A DNA stretch of 62,999 nt, counting the filler, from Octopus bimaculoides (taxonomy: Eukaryota): the NCBI RefSeq assembly GCF_001194135.2. It is 7 parts of 6 records of this genome, joined end to end, with 100 filler letters (N's around TTAATTAATTAA, not from the genome) between each part and the next. Parts side by side here need not be neighbours in the genome. Positions count along the whole stretch, not along the records: positions 11,793 to 21,750 come from NC_069000.1; positions 21,851 to 29,852 come from NC_068995.1; 5 more parts are not named here. One strand, written 5' to 3'. The position numbers and the translations under genes were made by a program. Shown here piece by piece: positions 13,345 through 25,211 of this stretch. How positions within the stretch are numbered: position 1 is the stretch's first letter; every line of letters begins with the position of its first letter. The notes under the pieces are model-generated. The model did not search any database and was not told the origin of the DNA. It saw only the letters and a list, made by a program, of their open reading frames with translations.

Positions 13345-14398
13345 AAGATGGTATAAACACACGCCAGAAAACGAGAAAGCAACCATGCTCTGGGATATGC
13401 CAATACACACAGATAGAGAAATTAAGGCAAATAGACCAGATATAGTTGTCAAANNNNNNNNNNNNNNNNNNNNNNNNNNNNNNNNNNNNNNNNNNNNNNN
13501 NNNNNNNNNNNNNNNNNNNNNNNNNNNNNNNNNNNNNNNNNNNNNNNNNNNNNNNNNNNNNNNNNNNNNNNNNNNNNNNNNNNNNNNNNNNNNNNNNNNN
13601 NNNNNNNNNNNNNNNNNNNNNNNNNNNNNNNNNNNNNNNNNNNNNNNNNNNNNNNNNNNNNNNNNNNNNNNNNNNNNNNNNNNNNNNNNNNNNNNNNNNN
13701 NNNNNNNNNNNNNNNNNNNNNNNNNNNNNNNNNNNNNNNNNNNNNNNNNNNNNNNNNNNNNNNNNNNNNNNNNNNNNNNNNNNNNNNNNNNNNNNNNNNN
13801 NNNNNNNNNNNNNNNNNNNNNNNNNNNNNNNNNNNNNNNNNNNNNNNNNNNNNNNNNNNNNNNNNNNNNNNNNNNNNNNNNNNNNNNNNNNNNNNNNNNN
13901 NNNNNNNNNNNNNNNNNNNNNNNNNNNNNNNNNNNNNNNNNNNNNNNNNNNNNNNNNNNNNNNNNNNNNNNNNNNNNNNNNNNNNNNNNNNNNNNNNNNN
14001 NNNNNNNNNNNNNNNNNNNNNNNNNNNNNNNNNNNNNNNNNNNNNNNNNNNNNNNNNNNNNNNNNNNNNNNNNNNNNNNNNNNNNNNNNNNNNNNNNNNN
14101 NNNNNNNNNNNNNNNNNNNNNNNNNNNNNNNNNNNNNNNNNNNNNNNNNNNNNNNNNNNNNNNNNNNNNNNNNNNNNNNNNNNNNNNNNNNNNNNNNNNN
14201 NNNNNNNNNNNNNNNNNNNNNNNNNNNNNNNNNNNNNNNNNNNNNNNNNNNNNNNNNNNNNNNNNNNNNNNNNNNNNNNNNNNNNNNNNNNNNNNNNNNN
14301 NNNNNNNNNNNNNNNNNNNNNNNNNNNNNNNNNNNNNNNNAAGGCGCACAGAGCTGCGGTCGGTAGTGAAGTGAAAGCACGTTATAAAAATAAAACTA

Positions 14399-14400
<2 letters not shown>
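13345..14400 (+). mobile_element. 5'-truncated R4/Dong-type (REL) LINE in (TAA)n; mostly gap
   Basis: TMLWDMPIHTDREIKANRPDIVVK is a typical pre-REL/PD motif of R4-clade LINEs. (TAA)n lies on both sides (13317-13344 and 14401-14441). Confidence 0.75.
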
Positions 14401-14445
<45 letters not shown>

Positions 14446-14510
14446 TATAAATAAATTAAGCAGCTGTTTAACAATGTATCACCAAAAAGGAAAACTATAA
14501 TTGTCATTAA

Positions 14511-17207
14511 ATATGACAGGGGGTGTTAGAACACTTACAATGCTAGAAATAAGAGTTAAAGTGCTCTGATGCTGCAATCAACGCACATAATCGTATACAT
14601 GCACACTGACAGCAACCGTAAACAGCCGAAAGTGGCAGTCGTAATATTCGTCGATGGTTTTGGCTTTAAGACCAAAGCACTCATCAGTAGGGTCGGCACA
14701 ACTCACTAGTTTCCGGACAAGATCGCCAGCAGTATATATGTTTACAACATAGAAACCTGTGGATGATTGAGTGAATCGTTATTGTGTATGCAAATAATTA
14801 AATTAGGCAGTTGTTTAGCAATGTATCACCAAAAAGGAAAACTATAATTATCACTAAATATGACGGAGGGTGTTAGAACATTGTTATGCATGACAAGTAA
14901 TTCCTGATTCAGAGAAACTAATTTCCAGTCATAGTCCAAAACAACAAGACGTCATATAGTGTTATCCATGATATTCTCGATTCAATGTATGTTATTCAAA
15001 ATGGCCACTCTCTCTCTCTGAGCATAAAATGCGCATGCCCTTTATATCAAGGGATCTCACTCAAATCTTAGCACAATTTGCATAACATTCACTTCCACCT
15101 AAAAAAAAAAAAAAAAAAATTATAGATCAAGCCTTTCCAGGGTTTTTCGAATTCTTTGAGATCAACGCAGTTGAGAGAATTCTTCTTTTTGTTTTAGAGG
15201 GTTATCTCTAGGAGGCGAAGACATTTCAGTTAGATCTCTGTCTGGCTCTTGACGGACCACAAATATCTGGGTTAAGTCATCAGTTGGGTTAATTTTTCTT
15301 GATGATGCCAATTGTTTTGTAGATACTGTGGTTTCGCGACCATCTGGCTAACGAACATTAGCGTATTGGGGGGTTGACTTCAATTAAATCAGCTTGGTCA
15401 ACGATAGGGTCATATTTGCTAGTGCGATTGTTCCTTTGCAGAAGCACAGGCTCTGGGTTGAGAAGCCATGATGGTATAGATGTTCCTGTAGCTGAACGTC
15501 TTTGATAGTTAAAGAGACGTTCATGAGGAGTGGCGTTGGTAGACGTACAAAGTAGAGATCTGATTGAATGCAGTGCATCTGGAAGAACTTTTTCCCATGA
15601 CGATACTGGAAGGGAACGAGTTTTCAAAGAGAGTAGTACTGATTTGCAAATAGTACCATTATATCTCTCTACATGACTGTTCCCAGTGGGATTATATGGG
15701 GTTGTCCTCCTTGTTGCAATGCCCTTTAAGGAGCCATTCTCTCAATTTTGTAGACATAAAGGCAGTTCCACGATCGGAATGTACATAACTGGGCATACTG
15801 AAAACTGAAAACAAGTCTGTAAAGCATCTTATTACAGTCTGAGCTGATGTGTCAGATACTGGATAACCAAACGGAAACCGAGAGTATTCGTCAACAATTG
15901 TTAGAAGATAAAGACGCTTCGTGGAAGAAATCGGGCCTTTGAAATCAATTAAAATTCGCTCGAATGGTTGTATGGCTCTAATTAAGTTAACTAAGTTTGG
16001 TTTAATATTGTGGTTTCACTTCTTGACATATAGAGCAATTCTACAAATTTGTTTCACGTTCCCCAACGAATATGGAAGATTTCTACTGCAGACGAAATGA
16101 TGAAGGTGTACTACACCAAGATGGCACAGTGCTGCATGCAACCCATGAAATGAATGTGAACTGATTTCTGAACAGCGTACCCTTGTGAATGCATTCGGTG
16201 CGATGTTACACTGGGTCCTGGGTGATAGTGAATATCATATGAGTATGGAGATAACGCAATGCAACATCTCATAATTTTATCATTTTTAATTTTGCTCGTC
16301 GCTTTATAATTATACATGAATGCAACGGAACGTTGATCAGTAATTAATGTGAAATGTCTACCAAGAAGAAAGTGTCTCCAATGATGAATTGATTCGATAA
16401 TTGTTTGGGATTCTCTTTCAACTGAGGAGTGGTACTGTTCGCTACCTTTTAGCGTGTAAGAATGGAATGCAACTGCTCTTCCATCTTGATTTAGTGTAGC
16501 AGATATAGCAAAATCTGAAGCATCCGTCTCAATAGTAAATAGAATGTTCTCATCTACTATTTGAATGACAGCATTAGCTAGTTCTATCTTTAATGACTTT
16601 TACTTGTTGGCTGATTAGAGAAAATTTTGAGACGTTATTGAGAGGATATATTTTGTCATAAAATTTGGAGATCCATTTAGCATAGTAAGAAAACATACCG
16701 ACTATACATTTTAATGATTTCTGGTCGGTTGGTGTAGGAAGATTGAGGAGTGGAGCAAGCCTTTCTGGGTCAGGGCTGAGGGAATTGTGTGAGATACGGT
16801 ATCCAAGAAACTCTAGAGTTGTTGGGTAAACGCATTTCTCTTCATTCATGGTGAGCCCCTCACTCACTGCTGCTATTTCAAATTTTTCCGACAAAATATA
16901 TCCTCTCAATGTTAGAAATAAGAGCTAAAGTACTTTGATATTGCAGTCAATGCACATAATTACTGCAGTCAATGCACGTAATTGCTAGTCAACGTACATA
17001 AACTGGTGAGTTGTGCCGATCCTGTTGATGAGTGCTTCGGTCTTTAAGCCAAAACCGTTGACGGTCCAGAGATATTACGACTGTCACTTTTAGCCGTTTA
17101 CGGTTGCTGTCAGTATGCATGTATATGATAACGTGCGTTGACTGCAGCATCAAAGCATTTTAGCTCTTATTTCTAGCATTGTAGGTGTTCTAATACCTTT
17201 GTCATAT
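14511..17207. repeat. About 200-bp inverted repeat pair (14511-14712 / 17000-17207) enclosing the Gypsy fragment
   Basis: Direct reverse-complement alignment by eye, roughly 85% identical (e.g. ACAATGCTAGAAATAAGAG, CTGACAGCAACCGTAAAC, GCACTCATCA, CGGCACAACTCAC). Confidence 0.85.
14882..16909 (-). mobile_element. Ty3/Gypsy LTR retrotransposon, 5'-truncated (RT C-terminus, RNase H, integrase, PPT, 3' LTR)
   Basis: RT end (GLTMNEEKC...LEFLGYRI...PDPERLAPL), RNase H (TIETDASDFAI), integrase (IDFKGP, VDEYSRFPF, HSDRG, VERYNG...WEKVLPDALHSIRSLL). 206-bp LTR 14882-15087 bounded by TGTTATGC...GCATAACA, with a minus-strand purine tract AGGTGGAAGTGAA next to it. Multiple stops and frameshifts. Confidence 0.92.
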
Positions 17208-17358
17208 ATATATAGTTCAAATTTATAGGAAAACAAAAGATGAAGACAGGTGTAGGAACAACAAGCAGGTGTTTTAGTTTAACGCACGGGAAAAATGGAA
17301 AAATCTTATGCGCTTCGACATCACGCACGCATACATATAACTGAATATATATACATGC

Positions 17359-17390
<32 letters not shown>

Positions 17391-17900
17391 GTCTATGTAT
17401 GTGTGTGTGTGTGTAAATATATCTATATTATAAGCAGATTACACTGTCGAATCATCCATCAATTATTTGTAACCTCTATACCTTTATACTGGACTGCACT
17501 GTTATGTTAACAATGATAATAAGTACTTTACTAAGTTATGGTCATTGATACTATAACACTGTCTGCAGACCAGTACAAATCCTAAAGGTTACTAATCAGC
17601 GTTACGTGATTTCTCACAATGCAACCTGCTTATAGTGTATCCATTATACGACAGATTTTTTTCCATTGTTAATGTAAGATGACGTACCTAAATAATTACG
17701 TTTTGGTAGATTTTGATGAGAGTAAATATGATAAATGAGTGAATGGATGTAGAAAGGGTGAAAATAACTCAAAATGAAACTCAAGAAAATTATAGAGCAA
17801 GACTTTGAACTACAAGATGTTAAGAATTATTGAAAAGAGTTAGAAATAAACACCATCGTTTTTGATGTGTTCTAAAAAATAAATTGAAACTTTTACTTAC

Positions 17901-18276
17901 ACTGAACTATTTTTCTTGACATTGCCAATAATAGTGCCATTCCAAAATTTGCGGCAGTAACTCCATCTTGGATGCTATGACCAATCCTAATGCCACGCGA
18001 TTTAGCCCATTCAGTGTCAATAGTCTCAAAACCGATGCCAAGGAAGCAAATAATTTTAAGATTTACCAATTTTTCAAATAATTCAAGGAATTCTTGGTTT
18101 CTATTTAGGCTCGAATGCATATACAAGCCAACGACTTTCTTACAGATTGAGGGATTTTGCTCCAGTTCTTTCAGAGTCACCACATTTTGATTACGGAATA
18201 CAACATTGATGAAAAAACTCTTGAAATCCGGCAATGCTTCGCAAAGATTTTCACAAAGATTTACTACCAAAGCCAT
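17901..18276 (-). CDS. GRHPR-like: D-isomer 2-hydroxyacid dehydrogenase (glyoxylate/hydroxypyruvate reductase-like), first visible coding exon (substrate-binding domain)
   Basis: Translation MALVVNLCEN...VNLKIICFLGIGFETIDTEWAKSRGIRIGHS...AANFGMALLLAMSRKIVQ matches the family pattern LKVIS.xGxGxDxID..A..RGI.V...A..A.ALLLA..R.I. AG acceptor just upstream (exon would start at 18283). GTAAGT donor after 17901, phase 1. Family-level call; orthology unproven. Confidence 0.85.
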
Positions 18277-19859
18277 GATATTGCTGTTATTCAGATAAAA
18301 AAAAATATATTTCACATCGAACTGAAAAGATTGAATAAATTAAAATCAACATGTAATAAAGGACCAATTATTTTCTATATTAACTTTTTCTATGATAAAA
18401 ATCGACAGCTTTTCTGTATGGCAGAACTCTGTACTGTCTGCTGCCCTAAAGCTTCTTTTGAAATAAAGTAAAACTTCATGAGTTTTCGTTTCGTTAACAC
18501 CATAAAAACAGAAAAAGAAAAAAAATGTCTACGATATGTATTAATTTTTAAAATATATTTTTAAAAATCTTTCGGTTGATTATATTTCACAATTAGCACA
18601 ACATTTTGGGATTGCAAACGTGATGCTAAATATTAACGATGTTTTATATTCTATCATCTTTCCCTATTATAATTATTCTAGTATATCTATGTCTCACCAG
18701 GTGACATATGACACGAACCTTTACATAGTCTGTATTAGATAAAATATGTCTCTTTGCTGACTGGAAAGTAATCGTATAATTTGTTATGCAGAATTTAACA
18801 TGCACATATCTGTAAAAGCTGGAATCTCACGTATGTGCCCACGCACATCATCTGATATAATTTTGACACAACCCTTCTCAATTATCGCCAGACAACTTTA
18901 CATATAAAGAGTACTGACTACAATCTGGAGAAAGGCAATATCCATCGCCACTAGCTGGAAAATGTTTACGGGCTACCACCACAGCCGCCGTGGAGGCACA
19001 ATGGCTCAGTGTTTAGGGCAGCGGACTCGCGGTTTCGATTCCCAGACCGGGCGTTGTGTGTGTTTATTGAGCGAAAACACCTAAAGCTCCACGAGGTTCC
19101 GGCAGGGGGTGGTGGCGACCCCTGTTGTACTCTTTCGTCCCAACTTTCTCCCACTCTTTCTTCCTGTTTCTTGAGTAGCGCTGCGATGGACTGGCGTCCC
19201 GTCTAGCTGGGGGGGGGGGACACATACGCCATAGAAACCGGGAAACCGGGCCCATGAGCCTGGCTAGGCTTTAAAAGGGCACATAAAGATAAAAAAAAAC
19301 TCACAGTCCTCTCCCCCAAATTTCAGGTCTTGTGCTTTTGTAGAAAGGATTTAAAAGACTGAAGACAGAGCTGAGTCTCTAGCTTTAGGAAATACATATA
19401 CCACATTTAAAGACCACAAATCCAATTTCGTTAACAAATCTTTAGCTGAACTCATTCATCCAACATTTATCAAACATATTCCATGTAAGATACTACTAAA
19501 AATTAAACTAGAATTATCTTTATCGCTATGGAAATTTAGTCACTAATTTTGAAGTATGCAAGTGTTATGAATGTCATAAGGCAGTTTAAACAAAACATTG
19601 TAATTCTATTAAAGTAGGAACGAGTGCTGACAAGTAGTAAAAGTGTATAACCTGTATGTGACTCAGGTAAAGTCTTATAACTTACACTTCACAAATGATT
19701 CTGTGGGAAGCCGTTAGAAAAACATTAAAGCAATGCCGAGCATTCTAACATAATTACATGCTGAAAGTGACTGAATGTACATGTTGAAAATTAAAAATTT
19801 CAGGCATTTCCGAGCAATTTTATAAAACATTGCATATCGTTTATCAACTTTCAGATGAA

Positions 19860-21160
19860 CTGCAGCAGTTTCTATGGTAAAAAGAAAATACTGACTTATA
19901 CACAATTTTGAAGTGTGCAGTTGGAACCTGCCCAAATCAGCCATACTTAAAAGCGTCTGGAAATATTGTGATGATTTTATTGCAAAATATATCAAGAAAA
20001 AATGGTACAAACTGTATTCGGTAATTGGTATACAAGTGTTGAACTTGTAAAGATCCTACATGAACAGGGTATGGCATGTGTTGGTACAGTGCACGAACAG
20101 AGTATGGCATGTGTTGGTACAGTACATGAACAGGGTATGGCATGTGTTGGTACAGTGCATGGTTATAAGATGTTATTAGATGCAGCATTAAAGGAAGAAA
20201 AAGGCAGGGGCGTCTGTCGAAGTACGGACGACCGGCTTTGATGGTGTGGAGTTACGTGTGTTGAAATGATTTGGTAACCGTGGTGTTATTCAGTTGTCAA
20301 CATACGAAGAAGTCAATCTAACCCTTGAAATTACCAGATTTTACAGAAACGTGTCGGATAATCATCCCATGCCCTTCAATTGTTAACACATACAATAAAT
20401 TTATAGGCAGGGGTAGATTTACTGGATGGGTTATCGAACCGTTACAAAATCCATATTCGCTCAGAAAAGTGGTACCACCAACGTGTTTTCCACATTTTCG
20501 ATATAATTGTGGTACAATAATCGCTCTTATTCCGACATAATGAACCTGAGAATGTATCAAACATAAAGCTTAGAAATTTCAAGATGAGCATTTCTGACTC
20601 ACTCAGGAGATCAGGAAAATTCAAGTTAACCAAAAGATGACGCCCATCACTAAGCGAAATGGAAAGGCAAATACTGGCCAAAAATTCCAGAGGGCCGACA
20701 GCTCCAATGCCAAATAGGTCGATCTGCATGGATGGTATAGATTACTGGTCCTAATACATGGAAGGCAGCAAGATGGTGAGATGCAAGAATCTAGGCTGTA
20801 AGTCCATTACAAGGGTTATTCTGTAATGTTAACTTTTGCTTTACCTCAAAAATCAAACTGTTCCAAGCACATTCACACTGAATAAAAACAGTTTTTGTTT
20901 TTCTATATCAAAAAACACTTTTTATTGTTATTCTTGTGTTTTTAGATAACCTTGATGTGATAATAAATTACATATCAAATATTTATCTACATGTTTTTAT
21001 TGACTTTCTTTGCAAACTGTTGCTTTAAATCAACAAAGCTCCAAATATTCACACTTACCTGACAATTTGCAATGGTTCAAATTTCAGCTAAGAATTTTGA
21101 TTGTCTTTCAGTAAGAATAACATTTTTGTGTCAGTTATTAATAGTCCATGCAACATAGGG
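19860..21160 (+). mobile_element. piggyBac-like transposon remnant (PGBD-type transposase, inactivated)
   Basis: KASGNIV...F(G)NWYTSVELVKILHEQGMACVGTV, FGNRGVIQLSTY, IPCPSIVNTYNKF..GVDLLDG, RSEKWY and a C-terminal Cys-rich domain. Ends ...AGGG|TTAC (mutated TTAA). Many stops and frameshifts. Confidence 0.85.
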
Positions 21161-21344
21161 TTACCTTGAACTTTCCTGGCGCCAACCATATCAGTCTAAT
21201 AGATAATCTCTTTTACTTGTTTCAGTCATTTGTTTTGTGGGCGATTTTAATAAAAAGTACACTTGAATAATCTATAGGAAAGTGGGTTATACATCATTAG
21301 ATGTATACCTGACTTTCCTATATAAAATTAAGAATTAACGGAAC

Positions 21345-21630
21345 GCTGAACTCCAGACTATCAACACAAACAACATTTATTCAAGGTGGCTTATATACAT
21401 CTTTAGCTCTTGTTTGTTGAGACGTCTTCTGTGTGTGTGAGTATGGTTGTTGGGACGTTGGTATGTAGATGTGAGCGAGCTGTCTAGCGTAAGTTCGAAA
21501 GATGGAGAGAGACAGCTAAACACGTCCTTGCTCAATCGCTGGCCAGCAAGAAAGAGACAGATCAAAGCGGGAAAGCTTGGTTGTTGAATTCCACGCATGC
21601 GTGAGACTACGCATGCGCACAGCGTTACTA
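21345..21630 (-). mobile_element. Possible solo LTR
   Basis: Minus strand begins TGTAGTAAC and contains TATATAAG followed by AATAAA. No convincing TSD found. Confidence 0.3.
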
Positions 21631-21850
21631 CAAATCTACAAGCTCTTCTGTTTAATAGTTCGTCAATTTTTTGTGGAAATTGTTGCTTAAAAGAAAAGAT
21701 TTTATGAAGTGAAAAAAAGTTGCATTTTTAGTCGTTTCACCGTTTGATTTNNNNNNNNNNNNNNNNNNNNNNNNNNNNNNNNNNNNNNNNNNNNTTAATT
21801 AATTAANNNNNNNNNNNNNNNNNNNNNNNNNNNNNNNNNNNNNNNNNNNN

Positions 21851-21888
<38 letters not shown>

Positions 21889-22372
21889 TATCGAATTTTA
21901 TCTCTCTAGATTAGAGTTAGAGTTTAGAGTTGGTGATGAAGATGGTTGTGCGTGCGCGTATGTGTGTGTGTATGAGTGGTTTTTGTGTGTGTATGTGTGT
22001 GTGTGTGTGACCGTTTCTCTTAATGTGTCTATCGTTTTATGTTTGTCATAGGTCAGGCAACAGGTGCTATAGACTCTAATGAAAGGTATAACATTATTAT
22101 AGACGTGTTCAAAATATGATGTATAAGTGGTATAAGTGTGTGTGCGCGTCTACCTACCTACCTACCTACCTACCTACCTACCTACCTATATGTATATATA
22201 TATATGCGCGCGCGCTTGTGTGTGTGTTTGTGCGTGTGTTTGCGTGTATGAATATATACATGCACATATCACGCACACACATACAAATCCCAAACTCCCA
22301 AGACTTTGGCGAAGAAACCGATAATACATCCTCAGAGCATCCGTTTGACGCCTTTTAGAACTCTCTACCTCT

Positions 22373-22414
<42 letters not shown>

Positions 22415-23204
22415 NNNNNNNNNNNNNNNNNNNNNNNNNNNNNNNNNNNNNNNNNNNNNNNNNNNNNNNNNNNNNNNNNNNNNNNNNNNNNNNNNNNNNN
22501 NNNNNNNNNNNNNNNNNNNNNNNNNNNNNNNNNNNNNNNNNNNNNNNNNNNNNNNNNNNNNNNNNNNNNNNNNNNNNNNNNNNNNNNNNNNNNNNNNNNN
22601 NNNNNNNNNNNNNNNNNNNNNNNNNNNNNNNNNNNNNNNNNNNNNNNNNNNNNNNNNNNNNNNNNNNNNNNNNNNNNNNNNNNNNNNNNNNNNNNNNNNN
22701 NNNNNNNNNNNNNNNNNNNNNNNNNNNNNNNNNNNNNNNNNNNNNNNNNNNNNNNNNNNNNNNNNNNNNNNNNNNNNNNNNNNNNNNNNNNNNNNNNNNN
22801 NNNNNNNNNNNNNNNNNNNNNNNNNNNNNNNNNNNNNNNNNNNNNNNNNNNNNNNNNNNNNNNNNNNNNNNNNNNNNNNNNNNNNNNNNNNNNNNNNNNN
22901 NNNNNNNNNNNNNNNNNNNNNNNNNNNNNNNNNNNNNNNNNNNNNNNNNNNNNNNNNNNNNNNNNNNNNNNNNNNNNNNNNNNNNNNNNNNNNNNNNNNN
23001 NNNNNNNNNNNNNNNNNNNNNNNNNNNNNNNNNNNNNNNNNNNNNNNNNNNNNNNNNNNNNNNNNNNNNNNNNNNNNNNNAAGCAAGCTACTTACCACAC
23101 AGCCACTCCTATATATATATTACACATATATGTATGCACGAACATGCATACAGGAGAGTGAGTGAGTGAGTGAGTGAGTGAGTGAGTGAGTGTGTGTGTG
23201 TGTG

Positions 23205-23236
<32 letters not shown>

Positions 23237-24132
23237 CGTGTGTGTGTGTGTGTGTGTATGTGTCCGTTTCCGCTAACAAAATTCTACTTAGAAGGAATAG
23301 CTCAGCTAGAACCGAGCTAGAAATCACTTGATCAAGGGCCGAGTATTTGGATGGAACACGGAACCATATAACATCGTAATCAGGCAATAATGTCTGTCTT
23401 TATAACGTTTACGAATTCGATATTTCGAAATAGACAGAAAATCAGTCATCGAAATAGGAAAGAAGTCGATTGAATTTCCTCAGTATATTAACGCTACATA
23501 ATTTCGCAGCGTTGCCAGGTGGAAGAACGGCAAAGTAAAGTCTGGTTGGATTTAATCATGAAATACAGAAATATGTAACTACATAATTATATTTCAACCG
23601 ACACTTTACTGTTCCTGTGAAATCACCACTAGCCACAGAGGACGCCGTCCTTCCATCGTCTCACGGCTTGTTAGAAAAAGCAGACAAATTATCCTGATGT
23701 CATTCTCTTAAGAAAATAAGGATATTTTGGTCAATCTAGTCCTATATAAGTTAAATCTGTGAAGAAAGAGGAAGAATGATCATGACTCGAACTCCTTTAA
23801 TCACAATCAGAGCTGACATGATGCTAAATAACTTAGCTTTGCATACGTCTGCATATAACTGACTTAAAAATCAAATTGATTTGCTGATTAAATGTTAGAT
23901 TGACACCGCCACATGTGGCTGTTTGAGCAAGTTACTCATGTGACTTTATGCGTTAACGTTAATTGGCACATTGATGTGGTAGGTGTGAGAAAGATAGGGG
24001 ATGATATCGTCATGCCATGGTAGTCAGGATGTCGAGCAAAAGGACTTGTGCTATTTAGTTAGGGATCGTTATCTGTCTAAATACCACATATTGTCATTAA
24101 ATCGACTTCAACAATCCTTGCAGATCTCTCAC

Positions 24133-24171
<39 letters not shown>

Positions 24172-24465
24172 CTCTCACTCCCTCTTTTCTCTCTCCCTCT
24201 TTTCTCTCTCTTCTCTATCTCTTTCCCTCTCTGTGTCTACCTCCCTCTCTGTGTCTCTCTCTCTTTTCTTCTCTCTCTCTCCCTGACGTATCAGTTGTAT
24301 CCCTTTTTAAAAGTTGTTTTCATTCAGAGAGATTTAATTACTGTTTCTAGTAGATCGAACAAAACGGTCACTTAGACTTCCCCTCGAAAACACCTGAAAT
24401 TAAAAAAGCAACTCAAAAATCAATATTCTTGGCCTCTAAGCACCAATAAATTATTTCTCCCCACA

Positions 24466-24526
<61 letters not shown>

Positions 24527-24566
24527 NNNNNNNNNNNNNNNNNNNNNNNNNNNNNNNNNNNNTCTC

Positions 24567-24603
<37 letters not shown>

Positions 24604-25099
24604 GTTAGTCAAAGAAGTACGGTTTTCAGCCCTATATTTGATGACATGCTGCCTTAAGCTTTCTCATATGATCAGGTGCCTACCTTAGAAGGCCATTTTT
24701 ATTCTGTATTTTTTCGAAGATATTTTATATTAGTTCCATATTTATCATGTAAATTTTATTTTCCCGTTTTATGTTCTACCTTATTGTTAACAATTTATTG
24801 AGTATTTCTTGATTTGTACCTCTGATTAGACTACACTACACCATATTTAACACTTGTAGGCTTACTGCTATATCATTCATATATATATATATATATAAAA
24901 TAGAAATATTAATATTTCTAAGTCTCTCTAAAGGAGCCTACGGCAGCGGTACTGGACATTAATAGTTATCGTCAAGCTAACATGGCAGTCCAGAAAAATA
25001 GGACGAATGCTGCCGTTGCTTAGCTCTAAGAGGCCATCGCCTCTTCCCCTTGCTGGTCTGGCATCTACAGACTAGTTTCAGGGTATTTGCCCCTTATCA

Positions 25100-25211
25100 G
25101 ACGGTCAGTAGCGACACCTGCCTGGTTCGGCTGCTCTACATTTATATATGTATATATATATATATATAAATGTAGAGCAGCCGAACCAGGCAGGTGTCGC
25201 TACTGACCGTC
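25100..25211. repeat. Perfect 50-bp inverted repeat with a 12-nt (TA)-rich spacer
   Basis: 25100-25149 is the exact reverse complement of 25162-25211. Confidence 0.95.

Noticed and set aside
13108-14380. Long ORFs of 300-413 aa in the track (also at 22.3, 32.0, 40.0, 45.1, 55.0 and 57.2 kb)
   Set aside because: They run through N gaps and consist almost entirely of X.
8907-18276. Antisense nesting or interleaving of the RING gene with the dehydrogenase, since both are incomplete and point toward each other
   Set aside because: An artificial linker at 11693-11792 separates them, so adjacency and orientation are not evidence.
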